Below the pieces are notes generated by a model. The model was not told the DNA's origin. It made no database searches and saw only the letters and a list, made by a program, of their open reading frames with translations. This document shows, piece after piece, positions 40,159 to 48,868 of a stretch of DNA of 64,000 nt. Numbering within the stretch: the first letter of the stretch is position 1; the number at the start of each line of letters is the position of its first letter. This DNA is from Candidatus Poribacteria bacterium (lineage in GTDB: Bacteria; Poribacteria; WGA-4E; WGA-3G): assembly GCA_964291315.2 (NCBI GenBank), contig OZ219753.1:1376001-1440000 (forward strand), written 5' to 3'. A program made the translations under genes and the position numbers.

Positions 40159-41382
40159 TCAATTCCGTAAATCAAATACAGTTTTCACCGTGCCAGTTTT
40201 CCCAGTGTTCAAGGCAGTCTGAATGGCACGTTTGTAACCTTGTAGTGGAAACAGAGCACTCACCAGCGGCCGCAAACGAGATTCCAGCTTCTGAAGGAGT
40301 CGCATCCCGAGTGTGAAAGTGCTCACCCGTTCACCGTTATAGGTTTCGATCCCGTAGGTATATGCCCCCGTCACACGCAACTGCTTATACCAGATAGAGG
40401 TCCAATCAACGTTTTTTGGTATTCCCGGCATGCCGACTAAGATGACTTCCCCGCCTGCGCGTGTAAAGCGAAGCGCGTCATCTATGGTGATGCTGGAACC
40501 GATGCAATCAAAAGTAGCATCTACGCCGCCGGTTAAAACCTGCTGGCCGAGCTCAGGTTGATGCGATTCCGCACCGATATGTTCACAGAAAGCTCGATAT
40601 CGATCCCTATTTGGAGATAGCACCTCGTCTGCACCAAGCTCACGGGCCAGCTGCTGTTGATGCAGATATTTGGCGAAGCTGATGATACGGTTCTGGTGAC
40701 CGAGTATCCGCAGGGCGGCAAGCGTAAGAAGCCCCATCGTACCACCACCGATGATGCAAACGGTTGCTGTTCTGCTCGGACGCATTTTCAAAACGCCATG
40801 TAACGCGCACGCAAAGGGTTCAAGGAGCACAGCTGTTTCGTCTGACATAGCATCTGGAACAAAATGAAGTTGGGATTGATGTGAGAGGACATAGCGACTC
40901 CAGCCACCCCCAGTATCCCGACAGTAACCCGTCTGGACACCCGCTGAAATATCGCCCTTTGTGATGTTTTCGCAATTGGCGAAACGTAGATTTTGACATT
41001 GGTGGCACGCTGGCCAAATCCCCCTTACCTGACATGGTAAGGCCGGTTCTATGACAACACGTGCACCAACACTGAAACCCTCCACCGCACTACCTGTCTC
41101 TGCGATGTCTCCCACAATTTCGTGCCCTAACACAAAAGGTGTCGACGTGAACGGAGAGAAATAGGGACTCCCTTTCGCTGTGATTGTCGCCAAATCGGAA
41201 CCACATATACCGCTGAGACGAGTCCGGACTTTAACCCATTCAGCGGTCGGCAGTTGCGGCTCTGGAATCTCAACCAGGCGTGTGCAAGACAAAGACGACG
41301 TATAGAGGTTTGGCCATCGTTTCCCAAGGTACCGCATCGCGAGATAGCGCGGGATGTTTTTGGTATATTGGACCGCTTTCAC
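40159..41382 (-). CDS. Zinc-binding (MDR) dehydrogenase
   Basis: GICGSD, LGHEIVG, structural Cys cluster, LEPFACALH, GGGTMG. Confidence 0.9.
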   Translation of the reverse strand: MKAVQYTKNIPRYLAMRYLGKRWPNLYTSSLSCTRLVEIPEPQLPTAEWVKVRTRLSGICGSDLATITAKGSPYFSPFTSTPFVLGHEIVGDIAETGSAVEGFSVGARVVIEPALPCQVRGIWPACHQCQNLRFANCENITKGDISAGVQTGYCRDTGGGWSRYVLSHQSQLHFVPDAMSDETAVLLEPFACALHGVLKMRPSRTATVCIIGGGTMGLLTLAALRILGHQNRIISFAKYLHQQQLARELGADEVLSPNRDRYRAFCEHIGAESHQPELGQQVLTGGVDATFDCIGSSITIDDALRFTRAGGEVILVGMPGIPKNVDWTSIWYKQLRVTGAYTYGIETYNGERVSTFTLGMRLLQKLESRLRPLVSALFPLQGYKRAIQTALNTGKTGTVKTVFDLRN

Positions 41383-41391
41383 TGTGCTGTA

Positions 41392-42585
41392 CTAACTTGC
41401 CTCAGATTGGTAATATGTCATCAGGATCTCTGCGACTTCGGGACGTGCAATCTCTGGAGGCAGCGGTTCACCAGCGGCAAGAATCTCGCGCTGCCTTGTG
41501 CCAGAAACGTTGAAATGGGCATCGCTATCGTGCGGGCAGTCACGTATCATCACAATTTTCTGGCACTTTCTACACCATACCGTGAAGTCACCGCGGAAAA
41601 TTCCGATTTCTAACGCACCCGCGGGAATTTTATCGAAAATCTCTTGGGCCTCGAATGCCCCGTAGTAGCTGCCCGCACCGGCATGATCCCTTCCCACGAT
41701 GAAGTGGGAGGCACCACAATTCTGCCGAAAAACAGCATGCAGGAGCGCCTCCCTAGGGCCCGCGTAGAGCATGTCGAACCCATACCCGGTAATAGAGACA
41801 GTATTTTCAGGAAAATAGTGCTGTACCATAGCACGGATAGCAGCATCGCGAACCGCAGCAGGAATATCGCCCGGCTTCAGTTTACCCAGAAGCATGTGAA
41901 TCAGTATTCCGTCCGCATTAACCTCTCTTTGCGCTATCTTACACAGCTCCTCATGCGCACGGTGCATCGGGTTACGCGTCTGGAAAGCAACGACTCTGTT
42001 CCATCCACGCACTGCGATGTCATCACGAATCTCAGCAGCTGTACGGAATGTGTGTGGAAAATCCTCGCGAAAGTAGGAGTAACTTAAAACCTCGACGGGC
42101 CCGGAGATAACACTGTTCCCCACAGACGCAAAAGCAGGAACACCAGGGTGCCCTGGATCCACAGTCCCAAAGGTCTTTTCAATCAGAAGCTGTCTCTGAT
42201 CTCGCGAGAGCGACTCAATCGCCGAGACCTTCATGACTGCCAGCGGCGGATTGCCTTCAACGTTCGGATCACGTAACGCAATTCGGTCACTATTCTTCAC
42301 AGCCGCCGTGAGCTGTTCAGACGGCACAATATTCATAATAGGCACGGGCCAGAAAAGTCCGTTCAGTAATTTCATATCCGCAGCAACGCTTGCCGCTTCA
42401 GCTATCGTCATATAGCCCGTCAGGGGTGTGAAGTAGCCTGCCGCCAACATGACCGCGGATGCAGCAGCACCTGAAGAGAGCAAAACAGACGGAAGTTGTT
42501 CCGCCTCTTTCGTCAGTTCGGCGCGTTCCGCATCGTCCGAAACGTAAAGCGGGGTTAAGGTCCCGGCTCCATGTGGTTTAACCAT
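41392..42585 (-). CDS. sat: Sulfate adenylyltransferase (Sat type, no APS kinase domain)
   Basis: VAFQTRNPMHRAHE, MLYAGPREA, HFIVGRDHAG, SGT; likely start MVKPHG at 42585. Confidence 0.95.
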   Translation of the reverse strand: MVKPHGAGTLTPLYVSDDAERAELTKEAEQLPSVLLSSGAAASAVMLAAGYFTPLTGYMTIAEAASVAADMKLLNGLFWPVPIMNIVPSEQLTAAVKNSDRIALRDPNVEGNPPLAVMKVSAIESLSRDQRQLLIEKTFGTVDPGHPGVPAFASVGNSVISGPVEVLSYSYFREDFPHTFRTAAEIRDDIAVRGWNRVVAFQTRNPMHRAHEELCKIAQREVNADGILIHMLLGKLKPGDIPAAVRDAAIRAMVQHYFPENTVSITGYGFDMLYAGPREALLHAVFRQNCGASHFIVGRDHAGAGSYYGAFEAQEIFDKIPAGALEIGIFRGDFTVWCRKCQKIVMIRDCPHDSDAHFNVSGTRQREILAAGEPLPPEIARPEVAEILMTYYQSEAS

Positions 42586-42667
42586 TAATTTAATTTCTCC
42601 TTTTTTCCGTTGGCAGCGTTGCAAACCTAGTACATCTGTAGATGCGCGTAAGTCTAACGAGGCTGCT

Positions 42668-45600
42668 CTATTTTCTAACCGGCTGCACCCCTTCTAAAGG
42701 GCCAAGTGCTCCAGTGTCTAAAGACAATTCTGGTAAATTCTTAACAATCTCCACCGTCTTTAGACTGACAGTGATAACGCGCGCCACCAAATCCACAATA
42801 TACCGCGGCGCCTCCGCACAATTCGGATCGTTGACCAACCCACTCCGACTGTGCGTCTTGACGCGATACTGATCTATCACCCACTCCAACGCCGAACGAG
42901 TGCCTAGCCGATACGCAAACGCCTCGGCAGGGATGCCCTCCAACGTCAAGAAGGCGTTATATTTCAACTGTGTCTTATCTTTAGACAACTTCATCTTCTC
43001 GACGCACCAATCTACGGGGGTGTCGGGCGTTTCTCTGTATTTCAACGGGAACTTCTGTGCGGTTTCGTAGTTGATGTGAAGGTCTGCGAGTTGTGCCCCT
43101 GCGGTAGCGAACGCCCAGAAGTCTGTCGCGAACGGGATATGTGGCAGATCGCGCTTGAGGTTCGCCTCATATTTCTCTCGATAGTCCGGATGGTGCAGGA
43201 GCCCGTAGGTATAGTGGAAGATGTCCCACTTGCCGATGGTGTTGTCTGCATAGTGGGTTCGGAATTCTGTCAATGCCCAGTCGGTGATATTTTCGCGGCG
43301 GTTTGTGCCGTCTTCGTCGTAGATGTAGAAAGGAAAACATTGAGTGCTTTCGAATGCCAAATCAGGGGCAGAAATCTTGTTCGTCATCAGACAGCCGAAT
43401 CCTCTCCTATTACCGATACCCGCAACAGTGATCCCCCGATTTTCTGATTCAGTCTCGGATGTCGGGAATATCCGATGCTGCTGAGAACGTTCCTCATTCC
43501 AAAAATCATCGAAGTAGAGATATTTTTGACAAAATGGGCGATACAACACCTTCCGAAAGTGACTACCCTCGTAGGTGCTTAGCTCCAATTTCTTCAGTGA
43601 CCTCTTAGTTTGGCGACTCCACTTGATGCGCGGATCAGTCGTATCAATGAAATGTTCAATCGGGGCGGTCGGATCATGCCTACGCTTCCGGTCAACTGCA
43701 GTGTTGTATATTTCAATAAAGGTGCGGACGCGCTCTTGTAGCAATGTCAGATCAGAAGCATACACCAAACTATCCCTGCTGGTAACAACACCGTAGGAAT
43801 ACAGACTAAAAATTGCAGGTCCATCCCCGCTCTTTTTGCTTTTTACCGCTTTGCTACCTATGGGGATGAAGGTTTCAAATTCGGGATGGAGCCCCTCCGT
43901 GAGCCATGCGTGGCGTGCGTCGGGTTCAATAGGCTGCCACGCAACCTCGCCCGCATGCCGGCATTTATTCAGGAACTCGAACTTCTGCTCTTTGTTCCAC
44001 AAGTCATCCGTGCGATAGTAAAAGATACGTGGTTGCCCTGATGACTTATCTCTACTTTTCACGAATAGGTTGATACTCACGCCTACCCGAATGCCGAACA
44101 CATTGGCACTTGAGACCTTTAATCCCTTCCGGGCATTTCCGCCCAAGTCGAGAGCATAGATTGCATGGAAATCTTTCGCAAGGTGCTTTCGCATACCGTC
44201 AAACGCGATGCCGTCCAGAAAACTGTTATTCGTTATCAGAGCCACAACGCCCTCTGTGCCAATCCGGTCGGATGCCCAGCGGATCGCCTTCACATACGGA
44301 TCATAGAGCTTATTCCGCAACGTGGCTGTGGAGTCTTTCACATACGTCTCCGCAACCCGTGCGTCCATGAGTGGATACTTCCTATTCTTATTGTTGTCGT
44401 TCTCATTCGCCTGCCCCATGTTATAGGGCGGGTTGCCGATCACCACGAACATCTCCGCTGACTTCTGTCGCTTCACACGCTCTGTGTTTTCACGCGTGAA
44501 GAGCTGGCCCTGCTCCTGCTCAAGCAGCTCGAATGTATCCGCCAGCACGATACCCTCAAACGGCAGATACGCACCCGTCCGACGGAAATACTCCTGCTCG
44601 ATGTTCAGGCTAGCAATGTAGTAGGGCAACAGCATCACCTCGTTGCAGTGCAGCTCCTCGCGGTATTTTGTCTCGAGTGCCGTGCCTTGAATGTCGTGCA
44701 TCAACCGCACGATAAAGTTGCCCGTGCCGACAAACGGGTCGATGATATGCACACCGCTATCCGACAGCGAACGGCCAAACTCTGTCTCTAATAGATGCTG
44801 CACGCTGTTGACCATGAAATCCACGATCGGCTGCGGCGTGTAGACGATGCCGTGGGTGTCCGCTACATCCTCCGAGAACCCTTGAAAAAACTTCTCATAG
44901 AACGTATTGAGGAAGCTCTGCTTCTGTGAGAAGTCTTGACAGAGCAGCGCAGCCTGTTCAATGGCAAGGTAGAAACGATCTAACGGTTTGAGAAACACAT
45001 CTCGACTCATCGCATGACGCATCAGCGCACTACTCACATTCTCTATCTCAACAGCGATAATGTTCCGATAGGTAAAGTCCGACCGGTTGAAAACCGTTCG
45101 GAAGATGCGTTCGGTGAGGATATGTTGGATCAGCATCTCCTCGACCGCCTCCTGTGAGAGCTCCGGGTTGATCGTCGTGCGGCAGGTCTCATAGAAGTTA
45201 GAGAACGCTGCTTGAAACGCCGTATCCACCGCGCGTCGCTGGTTAATGAGCTCCTTCAACTTGCCAGCCAGGGCGGGCACATGTTCCTTGAAGTCTTTTA
45301 CAGCCGACTGCCAATTTTCCAATGCTGGCGGCACATAAGCGAACAGACATTCAAGAGCAGCAATCAGTCCCGCAGCGTTGCGGATATCGCTGTCTAAGGC
45401 GACCTGTCCGTTCTGATACACAATCGCACGCTCCGGGTTCTGAAACAGGATGTTGTCGAGCGGATACCCCGCAGCGCGTTTTTCTTCAACAGCCTTAGGG
45501 AGATCGTCATCAATATCTTTTGCCTCCCAATAAGCGAGCGGCAGGCTGTATTCGTCCAAGATTGCGCCGTCAATCACGATGCGGTTTCCGTTGGGGGTGT

Positions 45601-45778
45601 GCATCTGATATTGCGGGATGAGCGTCGCTTCCACCTGCTTCGCGCAGGTATCAAGCAAGAAGGCGAACGGATTGCTGACAGCGCCTTCGTGTGTCGCCTT
45701 GTGCTGGTCGTATGCCTGCAGCGTGGCGTAATAGTCGCGGATCGGCTTGTGGGTAGGTTTGAGTTTGAGTTGTGACAT
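42668..45778 (-). CDS. Single-chain restriction-modification enzyme: nuclease + N6-adenine methyltransferase + type ISP-like specificity domain, no helicase
   Basis: IDG...YWEAKD (PD-(D/E)xK-like), GIVYTPQPIV, DPFVGTG, GNPPY, LYRPF, YRLGTRSALEWVIDQY; start 45778 or 45784. Confidence 0.88.
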   Translation of the reverse strand: MSQLKLKPTHKPIRDYYATLQAYDQHKATHEGAVSNPFAFLLDTCAKQVEATLIPQYQMHTPNGNRIVIDGAILDEYSLPLAYWEAKDIDDDLPKAVEEKRAAGYPLDNILFQNPERAIVYQNGQVALDSDIRNAAGLIAALECLFAYVPPALENWQSAVKDFKEHVPALAGKLKELINQRRAVDTAFQAAFSNFYETCRTTINPELSQEAVEEMLIQHILTERIFRTVFNRSDFTYRNIIAVEIENVSSALMRHAMSRDVFLKPLDRFYLAIEQAALLCQDFSQKQSFLNTFYEKFFQGFSEDVADTHGIVYTPQPIVDFMVNSVQHLLETEFGRSLSDSGVHIIDPFVGTGNFIVRLMHDIQGTALETKYREELHCNEVMLLPYYIASLNIEQEYFRRTGAYLPFEGIVLADTFELLEQEQGQLFTRENTERVKRQKSAEMFVVIGNPPYNMGQANENDNNKNRKYPLMDARVAETYVKDSTATLRNKLYDPYVKAIRWASDRIGTEGVVALITNNSFLDGIAFDGMRKHLAKDFHAIYALDLGGNARKGLKVSSANVFGIRVGVSINLFVKSRDKSSGQPRIFYYRTDDLWNKEQKFEFLNKCRHAGEVAWQPIEPDARHAWLTEGLHPEFETFIPIGSKAVKSKKSGDGPAIFSLYSYGVVTSRDSLVYASDLTLLQERVRTFIEIYNTAVDRKRRHDPTAPIEHFIDTTDPRIKWSRQTKRSLKKLELSTYEGSHFRKVLYRPFCQKYLYFDDFWNEERSQQHRIFPTSETESENRGITVAGIGNRRGFGCLMTNKISAPDLAFESTQCFPFYIYDEDGTNRRENITDWALTEFRTHYADNTIGKWDIFHYTYGLLHHPDYREKYEANLKRDLPHIPFATDFWAFATAGAQLADLHINYETAQKFPLKYRETPDTPVDWCVEKMKLSKDKTQLKYNAFLTLEGIPAEAFAYRLGTRSALEWVIDQYRVKTHSRSGLVNDPNCAEAPRYIVDLVARVITVSLKTVEIVKNLPELSLDTGALGPLEGVQPVRK

Positions 45779-45959
45779 ACGCATATAATAGCAGAACTCG
45801 GAACGGAGAGCAACAAGAAAAGCAGGGCTGTTAGAGGCATTCAGTTGCTAGTAGGAGCCCCTTAAGACTCGGTAGACACTCTTTGAAATTTAGCAGACCA
45901 AAGCCCTCTCTTTATTCAAAGATGAGCGAAATATTTATCAAGTCCACGTTAAGTGTAGG

Positions 45960-48065
45960 TTATTTTTCAGGTATTTGTTCGACACTACACCCGTTCCAAA
46001 TCCAAAAATGGTTTCTCCTGTTCCACTCGTCTTTATGACGCACCCGATCTTTGGGGGTATAAATAACTTGTGTGAGGTAACCCTCTGTAACTTCTACTGT
46101 ATAGGTGTGCCTAAGCGGTTCGTCTCTGTCTGCTACGGTGAGGTCATTGAGAATGGACGTTCCATTTGCTATTAGATTGATGGTATGGGTGGCACCTTTT
46201 GCCGCAACAAAGGTGTTAGTTACACGATAGCTTCCGTTCGGGAGATCGAGTTTAAACGCAGCGTCCCGCTGACTCCAAACCGCATCTTGCACAAGTAGTT
46301 TATTACGTCTGCCGTCCCGGTAACCTTCATACGGAGCGCGCGTACGCCATCCAAATTTACCACTCTCGTATTTTGTATCGGGACCGACAGCATGGTGGCC
46401 CATAGCTGTTTTGCCGTTGGCGGGTTGCATGTCAAAACGAATTATCAGATTGCCCCTGTCTGTCCTATTCCATAAATCAAGCATCGGTCCCGGGGCACGT
46501 TTTTTTCTATAGAGTTGGAGGTGTTTTGTCTCGTAAATTATTTCATAATCGGCGGTGTATGCCCGAAATTCAGCTGTATCCGGCGGATACCATGCTATAA
46601 CGTAATCTGTAGGGGCCCTGTGGTACCACAAATCGCGATAATTGTCTGGCGCGTTTTCGTCGTTACGGTTTATCGGAAAGTAATTATATTCAGCTTCGTA
46701 GTTTGCTAAATGCGCCACATCCGCTGCGTAGACGCCGTAGAGAGCCATGTGATGTACATAAGGCGTGACGTATTCAACTCTGCCTAACGCCTCGGATTTG
46801 TGCCAGCCGTCCTCCATTGTCTGAATCTGGTACGTTGTATGCGGTTCGATGAAATGTGTACCCGATACCAATTCCGCAATTTCTGGAGCGATACGAGCAT
46901 GATCATAAGCGGTTCTACCGAAGTGGAGTAAACTGAAAAAGATCAGACAAGCCGCGATAGCACACCGAAACGCCTTGTTCATATCTGAAATTAACCATGC
47001 TGCCAGCATCAGCAGGATATAGAGATGAATCCTATCATTAATCCAACCCCCGGGGCCATAACTCCACGGGGCCTTAATGAACATATAGGTAAACAGAAAT
47101 GCAATTAGCAGAAAGACATCCGTTGGCCTCGCCCACTCTTTACGTCGAATTCGGTGTCCGATAGAAATAACCACTGCAACACCTAACACCGCGAGGAGGA
47201 AATAGTTGGCAGTGACGTGCCAATCTGTAAAATATACTATCGACTTAACACCCCAAAAATATTCCCAGAGCCATTCCGCGCCCTGGTGGTTGCCCTGCTG
47301 ATGCTGTTTCAAACTTTGTAGATAGTAGTCTATCAGCACAAAATATATCGGCACCATGTAGAGAAAGAAGCGAAAAGCAGGTTTAAGGCTAACAGCAAAT
47401 TTTTGAAGCAGCGCCCCAAAACCTGCACCTCGGCCTTGCCACGCTGCAACTAGCGCCGGAGCACCCCACAAACACCCGCCTGCTACAGATATCCCCAACA
47501 CAACGAGCCCATACGAAGCGATATGCGATAGATAGGTTGCCAACAGTAACACGTAGAGCCAAACAAGATTTTTTACCTGCATCTCGTCCTTGTGTTTCCA
47601 CCAAAAACCGAAGCTAAAGAAGAAGAGGGAGATGCTCAATTGGAAGTTGTAAAATCCCATGTAGAGCAGATAGTTGTAAGCAAATGGAAAACCGAGCCAA
47701 GCATATACGAACTGTCCCTTCTTACCCTTGTGGATGGCGTTCATGAAGTAAAAGAAGCCGACCGGGACCATACCGATTGCAATTGTTAGAAGAACCTTCT
47801 CTGAAATGTTAGGCGGAAACACATGGAGAAACGCTGCTAATAAAATATGAGACAACCAATTTGGGAAGACTGTGATGTTCAACTCCCATGCATCCCGCAA
47901 CGTATAGTTCTCGTGTTTCCCATACTCCTTCAGCACCAAACCGTTATAAATATGGCTTGCACCATCCTGGGACGGAAAATAGGCAAAGATCCAGATCGGA
48001 AGCAGGTGTAGAACCAACAACACCACAAACACATGTTTCCAGGACACATTTTGCCAATTAAACAT
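45960..48065 (-). CDS. Polytopic membrane protein (GT-C-like) with C-terminal beta-sandwich, possibly sugar-binding, domain
   Basis: FPSQDGASH loop after TM1, MGFYNF, LSH motif, ~11 TMs; C-terminal RFDMQP...FGW...FKLDLPNGSYRVT; likely start MFNWQ at 48065. Confidence 0.55.
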   Translation of the reverse strand: MFNWQNVSWKHVFVVLLVLHLLPIWIFAYFPSQDGASHIYNGLVLKEYGKHENYTLRDAWELNITVFPNWLSHILLAAFLHVFPPNISEKVLLTIAIGMVPVGFFYFMNAIHKGKKGQFVYAWLGFPFAYNYLLYMGFYNFQLSISLFFFSFGFWWKHKDEMQVKNLVWLYVLLLATYLSHIASYGLVVLGISVAGGCLWGAPALVAAWQGRGAGFGALLQKFAVSLKPAFRFFLYMVPIYFVLIDYYLQSLKQHQQGNHQGAEWLWEYFWGVKSIVYFTDWHVTANYFLLAVLGVAVVISIGHRIRRKEWARPTDVFLLIAFLFTYMFIKAPWSYGPGGWINDRIHLYILLMLAAWLISDMNKAFRCAIAACLIFFSLLHFGRTAYDHARIAPEIAELVSGTHFIEPHTTYQIQTMEDGWHKSEALGRVEYVTPYVHHMALYGVYAADVAHLANYEAEYNYFPINRNDENAPDNYRDLWYHRAPTDYVIAWYPPDTAEFRAYTADYEIIYETKHLQLYRKKRAPGPMLDLWNRTDRGNLIIRFDMQPANGKTAMGHHAVGPDTKYESGKFGWRTRAPYEGYRDGRRNKLLVQDAVWSQRDAAFKLDLPNGSYRVTNTFVAAKGATHTINLIANGTSILNDLTVADRDEPLRHTYTVEVTEGYLTQVIYTPKDRVRHKDEWNRRNHFWIWNGCSVEQIPEK

Positions 48066-48100
48066 ATTTTCCACCGATATAGGGAAGTTGCTGCTTAAGC

Positions 48101-48763
48101 TTACCGGTTGTCTGCAAAGTAGAGGCAGTGCTCCGTCAGCGGACACCTTTCACACAGCGGTTTTCGAGCATCACAGATGCGTCTGCCGAAGTAAATCAGG
48201 TTCATGTGAAACGGATACGCTTTCCCTGCTGGCACTAGGGGCGGCAACACCTGATGCGCCTTTTCCGCACTGCAATTTGACGGGACCAGTCCGAGACGTT
48301 TAGAAATTCGCAAGATGTGGGTATCAACAGGGAAAACCTCCCTACCACAAGCGAAAGAGAGCGTGACAGAAGCGGTTTTAATACCGATACCTTTGTGTTG
48401 ACACAAGAATGCTAAAGCTGACTCGGTTTCCATATTGTGGATAAACTCCAGTGAGAGTTCCCCACGTTCAGTTTTAAGCCATGTGAGAAAATTTTTGATG
48501 GTCCGGCTCTTCTGGTTTCCCAATCCGGCGAGTCTGATTGCTGCCTCTATCGCCTTAACATCCGCGTGCAACACCTCTTCCCACGTTGGGAAACGCTCTT
48601 TCAGTTCAGTGTAGCCTTTATCTCGGTTAACGTCTGTTGTATTTTGGGATAAGATCGTTAAGATAAGACACGCTAACACATCCGCTCCACCATCGCGAGT
48701 CGGCACCCCGAATAGTTCTTCTAGCGTATCTGATATGAGTTCTGTCTTCTGTTTTAGTTCCAA
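48101..48763 (-). CDS. nth: Endonuclease III family (HhH-GPD) DNA glycosylase with 4Fe-4S cluster
   Basis: TILSQNTTD, KGIGIKTA, FPVDTH, CDARKPLCERCPLTEHC. Confidence 0.88.
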   Translation of the reverse strand: MELKQKTELISDTLEELFGVPTRDGGADVLACLILTILSQNTTDVNRDKGYTELKERFPTWEEVLHADVKAIEAAIRLAGLGNQKSRTIKNFLTWLKTERGELSLEFIHNMETESALAFLCQHKGIGIKTASVTLSFACGREVFPVDTHILRISKRLGLVPSNCSAEKAHQVLPPLVPAGKAYPFHMNLIYFGRRICDARKPLCERCPLTEHCLYFADNR

Positions 48764-48868
48764 TTCTTCATTCCGGATATGCTATTTTAAATATTATTAT
48801 ACCACAAAGTAGAAAAATAACAATCTCTTTTTCATAGTTGCCCGCTGTCTGTCCGTAGTCAATAGTCC

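Noticed and set aside
42600-45900. R-M gene as part of an IS or integrative element
   Set aside because: No transposase, integrase, terminal inverted repeats or target-site duplication seen
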